Shown in pieces: positions 18,616 through 28,087 of a DNA stretch of 45,690 bases. Made by a program: the position numbers and the translations under genes. The stretch is from Candidatus Hodarchaeota archaeon (GTDB lineage: Archaea; Asgardarchaeota; Heimdallarchaeia; Hodarchaeales; Hodarchaeaceae): positions 1-45,690 of the forward strand of contig JAHQWW010000023.1 of assembly GCA_029856365.1 (NCBI GenBank), written 5' to 3'. How positions within the stretch are numbered: the first letter of the stretch is position 1; each line of letters begins with the position of its first letter. The notes under the pieces were generated by a model. The model searched no databases. It saw nothing but the letters and a program-made list of their open reading frames with translations, and had not been told where the DNA came from.

Positions 18616-19296
18616 ATGAATCATAATATGACCTTAGCTTCTGATGACAGAGAGATTAGCCTCCTGTTACACCCTCTTCGAAGAAAAATATATTCGATCC
18701 TTGCGGAAAATCCTGGTTCATATTTTTTTGATTTAGCAAAATATCTAGAACTACCTCAAGGCACTCTAAATTGGCATTTGAAGCGCTTAGAGGAAGATCA
18801 TCTTATTAAATCACTGAAATATGCAGGAAAACGGATATACTATCCTGCAGGACTTCGATCAGCAGAAGCAGAACGTATATTTGCCGTTTTAAGGCCAAAG
18901 ACAGCTAATAAAATCTTTAACTATGTACTAAACAATCCAGGTGCTTTTCAGAGCCAAATTGCTCAAGGAATCACTCCGTCAGTTCATCATGATACAGTTA
19001 GGTATCATCTAAATAGACTAGAAAATGTAGATCTGATAACAACCAGGCGTAGTGGTCGTAAAGTTCAAATATTTCCTGGACAAATGGCCGAGAATTTACA
19101 AGATGGTTCTTTAACTGCAATCTCTGATTCTTATGTTCGCTTCTTATTAGAAAAATTACGTGAAGGATGTTTGCATCCTGAAATCATATTGCAGAGTAAA
19201 AAACAACTAGTTTTGAGGATTGAGTGTCCGAATGGTGAAGATATGATGCTTAATCTCAGAATGAGTGACTGGGTAATTCTCACCCCAGAGAGTTGA
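18616..19296 (+). CDS. Tandem winged-HTH transcription regulator (ArsR/COG3398-like)
   Basis: Two repeats: RRKIYSILAENPG..LAKYL..GTLNWHLKRLE and KIFNYVLNNPG..IAQGI..TVRYHLNRLE. Confidence 0.85.
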   Translation: MNHNMTLASDDREISLLLHPLRRKIYSILAENPGSYFFDLAKYLELPQGTLNWHLKRLEEDHLIKSLKYAGKRIYYPAGLRSAEAERIFAVLRPKTANKIFNYVLNNPGAFQSQIAQGITPSVHHDTVRYHLNRLENVDLITTRRSGRKVQIFPGQMAENLQDGSLTAISDSYVRFLLEKLREGCLHPEIILQSKKQLVLRIECPNGEDMMLNLRMSDWVILTPES

Positions 19297-19399
19297 TGTA
19301 AGTCTATTATTACTTCCATAATGTTATTATTAACTCCTATTTCCCTTCAATAACAATGAAAATGATTTCAAGTTATTAATAATCAAGGAAATATATTGT

Positions 19400-20662
19400 A
19401 TGGTATCAAAATTTGATTCTAAGGAGTATGCAAAAAAAAGGTTATTTAGCCTCTGTTCAAAATATATCCCTAAAGACCAATTAAAGATTAATACAGGAAG
19501 AAAAGGGTATCGCTTGGGAGAAAGCACCATTGAATTAATAAATCGGTCTAAAGCAATAGTTAATCGTGCGGAAAAATCAAACGAAACAATCCCAGAATCT
19601 ACTGCGAATATATTTAGATATGGAACAATCTGTCAAGAGATTTTTGAAAACCTGGGTTTATATCAGGTAATTTCTCAATTAAAGTCACGATCTCGAAGAG
19701 GATACCGAAAAGAACTTGAAGTTGTGGATTTTGATTTAAGAAAGATTGAGTTGGAATTCAAGAAAAGTGCGAATCCTCCAGTAAAATGCCAGAAAGACAT
19801 GAAATTTATCCGAAATGTTAAGAAATCATATCTAAAAATGCTTAATGATGAAAAATTTTCTCTTATTCTTAAGGATATCAACAAAAATCAAGAACTTTTT
19901 GTTGTCGAAGACTCGGATGGAAAAAATTTTTTTGATTCTCTCTTTCGATTATTAAATGCCTTGGCAAAAAAAAGTACAGAGAAGAAAGAACATGAAATCT
20001 TGCTTGAACAGAAACAAAAAGAAATAGCAAAATTAAATTCTAGTTTAGCAGAATTAAAAGCAGAATTACCACGTAAAAAACGTCAAATTGAACTTTACAG
20101 AGAGAAAAGCGGAATTTTAAAAATTATAAGTAAAAAGGAGCTACTTTTCTTAGATCCAGATTTGTCGCTATTTCTAAAAATTCTAACTACAAGTTTAGAA
20201 CGTTACATGAAGATGATTGAAAGACGTGAAAGCCGTAATTTAGAACAAAAAGAAGATTTTTTGGGATTGATCCTGGAACCAACAAGGTTTCAAGGACTAA
20301 ACGAGGAATTATGGCGACAAATCGTTTTTATCATTGAAACTCATGGTTTCGAATTATTAAGTGGAAAGAATTGGTTCAAGTTTGAAGATCCAAGCGAGTT
20401 ACGACAATTTGTTGTTCAAAAAGACATTTTAGAAAAATTCGCTCAACTACGAAAACTTGAGAAAGAGCTTGATGAAATCGAGGCAAAGATGCAGAAAGAT
20501 CCTCAATATTTCCAAGCTCAAAACTCAATTCAGGATTTTGATGAAAAAGGATCTATAATCGCTAAGCTAGAAAAGGAAATTCCTGAAATACAAGAAAAAA
20601 TTTTTTCCCTTTCACAAGAAGTGGAAGAAGAAAAAGTTAAAATCCTCCAATTTTTATCCTAA
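19400..20662 (+). CDS. Hypothetical coiled-coil protein
   Basis: 420-aa ORF, K/E-rich heptads in the middle and C-terminal parts; no recognisable catalytic motif. Confidence 0.8.
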   Translation: MVSKFDSKEYAKKRLFSLCSKYIPKDQLKINTGRKGYRLGESTIELINRSKAIVNRAEKSNETIPESTANIFRYGTICQEIFENLGLYQVISQLKSRSRRGYRKELEVVDFDLRKIELEFKKSANPPVKCQKDMKFIRNVKKSYLKMLNDEKFSLILKDINKNQELFVVEDSDGKNFFDSLFRLLNALAKKSTEKKEHEILLEQKQKEIAKLNSSLAELKAELPRKKRQIELYREKSGILKIISKKELLFLDPDLSLFLKILTTSLERYMKMIERRESRNLEQKEDFLGLILEPTRFQGLNEELWRQIVFIIETHGFELLSGKNWFKFEDPSELRQFVVQKDILEKFAQLRKLEKELDEIEAKMQKDPQYFQAQNSIQDFDEKGSIIAKLEKEIPEIQEKIFSLSQEVEEEKVKILQFLS

Positions 20663-21477
20663 ATAGACCCTAAAATTTGTGTAAGAACTTCAGAAGCTAT
20701 TGTCTTTCTAACTCGGTTTGCGGATAATTCGTCTGTTTTTTGGCCAATCTCTTCTTTGCTCAAACCTTCAATTTCCCCACGAACACGTATCCTTTCAATT
20801 TTTGTTTCAAGGTCTCTTGCTTCTTTTTGAAGATCTACAAGCCAACGTCGTGCTTTTCGCTCCTCGATTGCTACCTTCTGCTGAACGGAAGCTAATTCTG
20901 AAGAGTATTCATCCCGAAGAGAAGAATACACCTCATTAGAAACAGCTTGAGCCCTCTTTTTCTCTTCCATCTTTTCGAGGCGTTTTTGCCATTTTTTCTC
21001 GTCTTCAACCAAGGTTTCAAGCTCCAAAGGCTGAGTTTGAATTGTCTTTTGTTCCTCTTGAAGTGTAACAACTTTAGATTGAATCTTTTCGATCATTTCT
21101 GTGGACTCACCTTCATCAATAAGACCAATCTCAACTTTCTTAGTTAGCTCATCAATTTCTTCAAGTAAATCTTTTAATTCGGTCTTGATTTGATCTTTTC
21201 TCTTTCGGGCATAGAGAATGTCAACAATGTCATCAGGAATTCTTTCGATTACTTCAGCTGGAGGAGAGACCGTCTTTCTCGTAGGTGCGGGAGGAGCACT
21301 TAGAGAAGGGGAAGGAGGTTTAGGAATTGGAGCTGTACTTTGTGATTTTTTTATAGGGGAACCACAAAATCGACAAAACCGAGCAGTTACGCTAATTTCT
21401 TTCCCACAATTTGTACAATAGGTGTGTGACATGCTATGATCCTTCTCAGATTTATAAACGTCTATGGTAAGGGACAC
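20659..21477 (-). CDS. Zinc-ribbon + Pro-rich linker + CdvA-like coiled-coil protein (start may be the later ATG, MSHTYC)
   Basis: CTNCG..FCRFCG; PIPKPPSPSLSAPPAP; KRLEKMEEKK..VSNEVYSSLRDEY and ERIRVRGEIEGLSKEE resemble CdvA coiled-coil repeats. Confidence 0.65.
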   Translation of the reverse strand: MSLTIDVYKSEKDHSMSHTYCTNCGKEISVTARFCRFCGSPIKKSQSTAPIPKPPSPSLSAPPAPTRKTVSPPAEVIERIPDDIVDILYARKRKDQIKTELKDLLEEIDELTKKVEIGLIDEGESTEMIEKIQSKVVTLQEEQKTIQTQPLELETLVEDEKKWQKRLEKMEEKKRAQAVSNEVYSSLRDEYSSELASVQQKVAIEERKARRWLVDLQKEARDLETKIERIRVRGEIEGLSKEEIGQKTDELSANRVRKTIASEVLTQILGSI

Positions 21478-21673
21478 AGTTCCAACCTTTAAAAGACTTC
21501 ATATCGGTGGTTCATAATTGTTGACCTGCGATCAAATGCGTAATAACTACCTCTAAATAGCTTAAAATGTTTATTTATTATAAATATTCATTTTCAGAGG
21601 AAAATGTGACCATTTTGAGGTGTTGTAGAACTTTCCCTGCTTCAAAATTACATATGTGTGAAGAGAAGAGAAA

Positions 21674-21778
21674 TGGACCGAGTGGGATTTGGACCCACGA
21701 CCTCCTGCATTCAGGATTGATACTCAATAGAGCACAATTTGCCAAGCAGGCGCTACTACCAAGCTGAGCTATCGGCCC
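21674..21778 (-). tRNA. tRNA-Ala(GGC) with a 30-nt intron at 37/38 (intron 21710-21739); CCA not encoded
   Basis: Acceptor GGGCCGA/TCGGTCC+A with G3:U70 Ala identity pair; anticodon arm CCTGC-TTGGCA|T-GCAGG; T arm GTGGG-TCCAAAT-CCCAC; intron folds as a hairpin (ATTG/CAAT, TGCTC/GAGTA). Confidence 0.93.
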
Positions 21779-22225
21779 GACATTTTCAGCAAGAACATCA
21801 AGCCTGTTGTGGGATTGTAACCAGATATAATTGTAACCCTTGATTATTTGAAGTTATTTTATTCTTATCTAATTTTTACTAATAAACCATCATTGGCTTG
21901 TCAAGTGACTTCTAAGAGCATACACCACTCTAGGACATTGTTATGGCCAAGAACTGTAATAATAACCAATTATATTTTCACAAGATTCGAAGCAAGATAA
22001 TTAACTTTATAAATTTTTAAAAAACTTCTGATTAAGGGTAATTTTTAAAAACTAAGATGTTTACATCGCTCTATAATGGAGTTTAATGATCCAATAAAGG
22101 TGGAAAATTCTCATGAATTATATCCACGAATAGTTATTAAATAAGCATAAAGATGTTTCAATCGTAAATCTTTAGAAGTCATTACGGATCTATATCAGCC
22201 TAGAAGATTCTAAAAGGCCTTTTTT

Positions 22226-22807
22226 ATGGATGGAAAATGGATGATGACTGAAATTCGAATTCTAAGCCGGGGAGGACAGGGTGGAGTAACAGCTGCGAAA
22301 GTACTGGCATATAGTGGCCACCTTGGTGGAAAATTCGTCCAAGCAATCCCCAAATATGGTGCTGAACGCAAAGGTGCGCCTATTTTTGCAGATGTACGAA
22401 TTGCTGATAAACATGTGAAAACACATGCCCCAGTAATTACAGGAAATACCCACAGCTGGATTGTGTTAGAATCCTCATTAGTTGAAACAATGCCACTCGA
22501 TGATATAACTCCTGGAACAATTATCGTAATTAATTCAAAGGAGATTCCTCCTGCTCTAAAAGAAAAGAAAAGCCTAAAAATTGGTAAAGTCGATGCTGTT
22601 GATATTGCTCGAGAATGTGGATTGATCAAATCAGGAACTATGATGGTTAGTGCAACAATGTTGGGAGCTTGGATCAAAGCCACAGGATTGATCAGCCTAG
22701 AAGAACTTATTGCTGCTATTAAACATCAATTTGGAGAAGGAGAGTTAGCTGAGGCCAATATTCGATCGATAAGAATGGCCTATGAAAGATTTGAATTTGT
22801 TAATTAA
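22226..22807 (+). CDS. porG: Pyruvate/2-ketoisovalerate:ferredoxin oxidoreductase gamma subunit
   Basis: EIRILSRGGQGGVTAA, YGAERKGAP. Confidence 0.92.
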   Translation: MDGKWMMTEIRILSRGGQGGVTAAKVLAYSGHLGGKFVQAIPKYGAERKGAPIFADVRIADKHVKTHAPVITGNTHSWIVLESSLVETMPLDDITPGTIIVINSKEIPPALKEKKSLKIGKVDAVDIARECGLIKSGTMMVSATMLGAWIKATGLISLEELIAAIKHQFGEGELAEANIRSIRMAYERFEFVN

Positions 22808-22821
22808 AAGAGGTTACGTCA

Positions 22822-23106
22822 ATGGACAACGAAAGCGAAATGAAAGATCCCGTTTTGCCATTAGGCAGACCTACGGTGGGATCTGCCCCAGGTCCAGGTA
22901 CAACTGGTGATTGGCGAACAAGTAAGCCTATTTTCTTTGAAGAACAGTGTACTAAATGTTATCAATGCTGGTTGTATTGTCCTGAAGGCACTATTCGTGT
23001 TGATGCCAAAGGAGAATATCCCTATATTGATTATGTTTATTGTAAGGGTTGTGGGGTATGTGTACATGTCTGCCCTCAAGATGCGCTAAAAATGGAGAAA
23101 GAATAG
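22822..23106 (+). CDS. porD: Oxidoreductase delta subunit (2x[4Fe-4S] ferredoxin-like)
   Basis: TGDWRTSKP, CTKCYQCWLYCPE, YCKGCGVCVHVCP. Confidence 0.93.
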   Translation: MDNESEMKDPVLPLGRPTVGSAPGPGTTGDWRTSKPIFFEEQCTKCYQCWLYCPEGTIRVDAKGEYPYIDYVYCKGCGVCVHVCPQDALKMEKE

Positions 23107-24255
23107 GTGAGAAAAGTGGTACAAACAATGAAAAACCCTAATGTTCAATTATTGACTGGAAATGCTGCTGTAGCAACAGCAGCCAAACTAGCAAGACCAA
23201 AAGTTATCCCAGCTTACCCTATTACTCCTCAAACACTTATTGTTGAGACTATATCAGGAATGATTGCACGGGGAGAGTTTGATTGTGATTTTGTGAACGT
23301 AGAAAGTGAACATAGTGCAATGGGTGCTGCTATTGGTGCTTCATTAGGAGGTGTTCGAACTTTTACTGCAACTAGTGCCCACGGCCTTCTTTACATGGGT
23401 GAATTGGTATGGTGGGCTGGAGTGACACGGGTTCCAATTGTAATGCCAGTAGTGAACCGTTCCCTGAATCCTTGGAATATATGGCCAGATCATCAAGATT
23501 CAATGACTTTTAGGGATGCGGGGTGGATCCAATTTTATGCAAAGAACAATCAAGAAGTGTTAGACCTGACCCTCTGTGCATTCAAAATTGCTGAACATCA
23601 TAAGGTGTGGATGCCAGTTATGATCTGTTTGGATGGGTTCATCCTGAGTCATACATCAGCTCAGGTAGAAATTCCAACCCAAGAAGAAGTTGATGAATTT
23701 CTTCCTCCCTTCAAACCACTTGCAATGTTAGATCCTGATGATCCTTTCGCCCATGGATCCCTTACTGATTCTAAAGGTATTTGGGAGCAAAGAATGTCGT
23801 TAATTGATGGATTTAATAATGCGCGAGTTATTATCCCTAAAGTTTTCCATGAGTATTATGAAAAATTCGGAAGACTCAGCAAAGAAATGATTGAAATTGT
23901 AGGTGATATTAACGACGCCAACGTTGCTATCGTTGCAATTGGAACTTTAGGGGAAGAAGCTGAACAATCATTGGAAGTTTTGAATAAGAGAGGTATTAAA
24001 GCTGTTGTTATTCGACCACGTGTTATTCGGCCATTTCCAAAAAAAGAATTAATTGCAGCTTTGAGAAAAGTACCAAAACTCTTAGTAATTGATAGGGCTG
24101 TTTCGTTTGGCAATGCTGGCCAGCTTGCGATTGAAATTCAAGCCGAATTGTACGCAAATAAGGTAGATATTGAATTTCACCAAATTATCCGAGGTCTAGG
24201 AGGAATGGATGTTACATACATGGATATCGCTTCTGAAGTAGGAAAAATCATGTAA
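23107..24255 (+). CDS. porA: Oxidoreductase alpha subunit (start possibly ATG 23128)
   Basis: AYPITPQT, VESEHSA, TATSAHGL, DGFILSH. Confidence 0.93.
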   Translation: MRKVVQTMKNPNVQLLTGNAAVATAAKLARPKVIPAYPITPQTLIVETISGMIARGEFDCDFVNVESEHSAMGAAIGASLGGVRTFTATSAHGLLYMGELVWWAGVTRVPIVMPVVNRSLNPWNIWPDHQDSMTFRDAGWIQFYAKNNQEVLDLTLCAFKIAEHHKVWMPVMICLDGFILSHTSAQVEIPTQEEVDEFLPPFKPLAMLDPDDPFAHGSLTDSKGIWEQRMSLIDGFNNARVIIPKVFHEYYEKFGRLSKEMIEIVGDINDANVAIVAIGTLGEEAEQSLEVLNKRGIKAVVIRPRVIRPFPKKELIAALRKVPKLLVIDRAVSFGNAGQLAIEIQAELYANKVDIEFHQIIRGLGGMDVTYMDIASEVGKIM

Positions 24256-25158
24256 TTGAGGAATGAAGCAATGAGTGTCAAGATAAAAGAGATGTTAGAT
24301 CGACCAGAAGTTTTATTAAGAGGAAATTTTGCATGTGCCGGCTGTGGCCTTTCTATTGCATATCGTACTGCTATATCAGCGTTAGAGCGCCCTATTGTTG
24401 TGATTCCCGCTTGTTGCGCTTCTGTTATCCAGAGCCTCCATCCCCACGTCACCTATAATGTTCCTACTTTGAATATTGCATTTGCAGCTCATGCTAGCGC
24501 TGCTTCTGGGATTTCAAGGGCTAAAAAAAGGAGAGGAGAGAAAGTGACAACTGTAGTTTGGTCTGGAGACGGAGGAACCTATGATATTGGTGTAGCTACT
24601 TGGTCTGGAGCAGCAGAAAGAAATGAGGATATCCTCCACTTTTGTTACGATAATGGTTTCTATAGTAATACCGGCGCTCAACGAAGCGGGGCTACTCCTC
24701 GAGGTGCATCTACAACCACTACTCCGACAGGTAAACAAGAGAAGAGAAAAAGTATTACTCGTATTATGGCTGCTCATGATGTGCCCTATATTGCAACTGC
24801 ATCCATTGGTTATCCTCGAGACCTGTATACTAAAGCTAAAAAAGCTGGAAACATGGAAGGATACCGATTCATTCTAATAGATGCTCCATGTCCTACCGGT
24901 TGGAATTCAGATCCCGCTATTACTCCAGAACTTGGTAAATTATCTGTACAAACAGGATATTTTCCACTTTATGAAGTTGAAAATGGGAAACTTACCTTCA
25001 GTAAACGTGGTATGAAGTACCGTGATCCCGACAAAAGACTCCCCCTAGAAGAGTACCTAGATAGACAAGGGCGTTTCAAAAAGATGACTCTCGTACAAAT
25101 AGAAGAACTTAAGAAAGATCTCCAGTTTGAATGGGATATGCTCTTGAGAATGGAATGA
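24256..25158 (+). CDS. porB: Oxidoreductase beta subunit (TPP-binding; start possibly ATG 24271)
   Basis: ACAGCG, GDGGTYDIG, YDNGFYSNTGAQRS, PCPTGW. Confidence 0.93.
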   Translation: MRNEAMSVKIKEMLDRPEVLLRGNFACAGCGLSIAYRTAISALERPIVVIPACCASVIQSLHPHVTYNVPTLNIAFAAHASAASGISRAKKRRGEKVTTVVWSGDGGTYDIGVATWSGAAERNEDILHFCYDNGFYSNTGAQRSGATPRGASTTTTPTGKQEKRKSITRIMAAHDVPYIATASIGYPRDLYTKAKKAGNMEGYRFILIDAPCPTGWNSDPAITPELGKLSVQTGYFPLYEVENGKLTFSKRGMKYRDPDKRLPLEEYLDRQGRFKKMTLVQIEELKKDLQFEWDMLLRME

Positions 25159-25313
25159 GTACATCAATAGAAACCCTTCATTCCCCTAATATTACTTTTA
25201 AAAAAGACTTCACGATGTAAGGTTCCTCTTGTTAATACTCAAGCACAATAATGTGAAATCCCATATAGGCAAAGGAGATAAGTCTTACTATCACCACTAC
25301 AATGAAATCTGTT

Positions 25314-26924
25314 CTAAAGCCGTTTTCCCATAAAAACCCCATCAATTTTAAATCCTAATTTACGATAGTAATCTCTAACTCCTAAACCAGATGTAACAAG
25401 GATTTTCTTAAATCCTCTTTCAATAGTGATCTCTTCTGCAAGGGCAATCAGTTTTTGGCCTATTCCACGGTGCTGCCATTCGAGCTCTTTAGGACTTCTG
25501 CCAATTCCAACAAGTTTCCCATAAACATGAAGTTCTCGTATGATCGTTGCTTGTGGATCGAGTGTTTCAGAACGGAATGCATATGATGATGGCTCTCGAA
25601 GACGTAAAAACCCGATTAAAGTTTCCTTATCTACCGTATCAAAGGAAATAAAGTGTTCAATACCATCAGAAGCTGAATATTGAATAGTGTGGTACTCTTT
25701 TTCCTTTTCAATCCATGATGTGTCCCTTAGATTTGTTTGATGACCAACTTCTCTACAACGGATACAAGAGCATTTCTCGCCACGCCTTATTAGTATATCC
25801 CTTGCTTTTTCTCTCAAATTTCCCGATTGTACACCCTCTAGTATCAGATATGCAGGGATATCACGCTGAATACGCTGGATACGTACAAAAGGAGGAGTAA
25901 TTGCTTTGATTGTGGCCATTACTCTTACAACTTCTTCTGCGTTATATGGAAGGTAATTTCCATTTTCCCATAAATCAAATAAACGTGTATTAGCGAGAAC
26001 CAATGTAGGATAGATTTTAATAGCATCAGGAATATATCTTGAATCTGTGTAGAGCTTTTCAAACATAGATATATCTTCTTCGGGGGATTGAAAGAGATTT
26101 GGCATCATATGAACAGTGATTTTTAGTCCTCCATCCCTAGCATAACGGATTGCTTTTACAACGTCTTCTAAAGTGTGATGTCGTTGTATAAACTGTAGAA
26201 TCTTGTCAGAGAGAGTCTGTACCCCAATTTCACAGATTGTTCCCCCTAGTTCTAGGATCCTGTTAACATACGTTTCCGTGCAGTAATCAGGCCTGGTTTC
26301 AAAAGTGATACCAACATTGCGATAAATGCTAGTTTCAGCGCTTTGTTGCGCTCCTTTCAGACTCATTGATGTCTTTCCTGTGATTCCATCTAAACATTCC
26401 TTTACAAAATATTCTTGATATTCTAAGGGCGTTGCTAGAAATGTTCCGCCCATTATTACAAGATGGACCTTATCTAGTGGATGGCCAATACTTTTAAGTT
26501 GTTTTAGTCTAGCTTGTACTTGTTTTTTTGGAATGAAGTCATTTTGGGCCCCTCTCATTGCTGCAGGTTCCTTCCCTGTGTAGGATTTTGGTGCTCCATT
26601 AACCTCAGGACAATAAATGCAATTACCTGGACAGGGTGAGGGTTTCGTCATCACTGCGACAACAGCGATCCCACTAATTGTTCTTACTTTACGAATTTGC
26701 AGAAATTGCGTTAAATAATCTTTTTCATATTCTGTAAAATCTTCTGAAGTGAGAATAAACTCGATAATCTCCGAATTTCGAACAAATCGTTGTAATCCAT
26801 ACTGTTTTGCAATGTTTCGTTTGAGACTTTCAAGTTTTGATTTAGTTGGAGCTGGTTCATTTACTAGTGTTCGGGTAAGATCGTTTAAGGCTTTAAATAA
26901 TATATTTTGAGACAAAGGGGGCAC
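25314..26924 (-). CDS. elp3: Elongator Elp3 (radical SAM + GNAT; tRNA U34 carboxymethylation)
   Basis: RTISGIAVVAVMTKP, CPGNCIYCP, KSYTG, MGGTF, ETRPD, KIYPTLV, RIQRDIP, IRELHVYG, QHRGIG. Confidence 0.96.
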   Translation of the reverse strand: MPPLSQNILFKALNDLTRTLVNEPAPTKSKLESLKRNIAKQYGLQRFVRNSEIIEFILTSEDFTEYEKDYLTQFLQIRKVRTISGIAVVAVMTKPSPCPGNCIYCPEVNGAPKSYTGKEPAAMRGAQNDFIPKKQVQARLKQLKSIGHPLDKVHLVIMGGTFLATPLEYQEYFVKECLDGITGKTSMSLKGAQQSAETSIYRNVGITFETRPDYCTETYVNRILELGGTICEIGVQTLSDKILQFIQRHHTLEDVVKAIRYARDGGLKITVHMMPNLFQSPEEDISMFEKLYTDSRYIPDAIKIYPTLVLANTRLFDLWENGNYLPYNAEEVVRVMATIKAITPPFVRIQRIQRDIPAYLILEGVQSGNLREKARDILIRRGEKCSCIRCREVGHQTNLRDTSWIEKEKEYHTIQYSASDGIEHFISFDTVDKETLIGFLRLREPSSYAFRSETLDPQATIIRELHVYGKLVGIGRSPKELEWQHRGIGQKLIALAEEITIERGFKKILVTSGLGVRDYYRKLGFKIDGVFMGKRL

Positions 26925-26943
26925 AATTGCATGCTCCTTTTAA

Positions 26944-27984
26944 CTAACCAGGGGTGAACGCGGGTAATGAGATGATTAAGGTGCCTACAGATATAATTGT
27001 GTGAACCAGAAGAATAATGATTACATTCTTCCGTTCCCTAATTTTTAGAAAATATGGAAAGAACCAGTATACAGTATACGGACATGGGACAACAATGTTA
27101 CCTTCGTCGTCTACTGTAGCTAGCTTTGCGCTTTGATGAGTAAGAAGATACAGAAAGAATAATAAAAAATTCACGAAGTGTAATCCAAAAAGTCCTGGTG
27201 CTAACCGATCCATGTTGCCAATGATCAGAGCGACGATGATTCCTGTTCCTAGAGTTAGAGTTCCTGTATCACCAGCTAGGATTTTTGCAGGAAACCAGTT
27301 GAATCTTAGTAAAACTAGAAAACCACCAAGTAATGAGGTCACAAAAAGAGTCACAATGGGATTACCTACAAAAAGTGCTGTAATTAGAATTATAGAGAGG
27401 GAAATTGTTCCATTCCCAACTTCTAATCCGTTAAACCCAGCAAGCATATTAAAAGAATTGAATGCAAAATTTACAGCTAAAGGAATTATAATAAGACTAT
27501 AAAGATTGATATATCCAATTGGATAAGGAAGATTAATTAAGTTACCAAAATCAATGATTCCTAGGAATCCAAGGTTTATACTACTTTCACCAACTTTCAA
27601 GGCCATTAAAGGGATTGCTGGTAAGAAGCCCAATAATATTTTGTCACGCCATCGAATTTTAAAAACATCATCTAAAAATCCGATTAACCCAGCAATTACA
27701 ACACTCAAAAGTCCCGCTAAGAGGGGTTCGAATATTTCTTCCTCAAAATTTGGAGTGATATTTTCCCAAATAAATACTATGATGAGAATAGTAAAGATGA
27801 ATCCCAGTAATGGTGCTAATCCTCCCGCTTCGGTGATTGTAGGCTTATTTGGTTTATGAACATCAACTGTTGTAATTCCCCGTTTCATGGAGGAATTAAT
27901 TACCCATGGGATGAGAACACGCGTTATTATAGCGGAAATAATTAGCGCCAGGACGGCGGTAACAAGTATTTCTAATGTTAACAT
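26944..27984 (-). CDS. UDP-GlcNAc:dolichyl-phosphate GlcNAc-1-P transferase (AglH/Alg7, GT4/MraY family)
   Basis: Polytopic membrane protein; DVHKP..EAGG, GFLDD, NSFNMLAGFNGLE, FNWFPAKILAGDTG. Confidence 0.9.
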   Translation of the reverse strand: MLTLEILVTAVLALIISAIITRVLIPWVINSSMKRGITTVDVHKPNKPTITEAGGLAPLLGFIFTILIIVFIWENITPNFEEEIFEPLLAGLLSVVIAGLIGFLDDVFKIRWRDKILLGFLPAIPLMALKVGESSINLGFLGIIDFGNLINLPYPIGYINLYSLIIIPLAVNFAFNSFNMLAGFNGLEVGNGTISLSIILITALFVGNPIVTLFVTSLLGGFLVLLRFNWFPAKILAGDTGTLTLGTGIIVALIIGNMDRLAPGLFGLHFVNFLLFFLYLLTHQSAKLATVDDEGNIVVPCPYTVYWFFPYFLKIRERKNVIIILLVHTIISVGTLIISLPAFTPG

Positions 27985-28087
27985 TATGAATTAGCTAAAA
28001 AAAGAATGAATTAAAAGGATATAACTAAGGACAACCCAATAGATTTAGAAGGAGAACTCAGTATTTCTGATTTACGGAGTTGTAATC

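Noticed and set aside
21567-21767. 66-aa ORF
   Set aside because: Antisense to the tRNA-Ala gene.
22210-24877. Overlapping alternative-frame ORFs across the por operon (e.g. 22210-22683)
   Set aside because: Shadows of well-supported genes.
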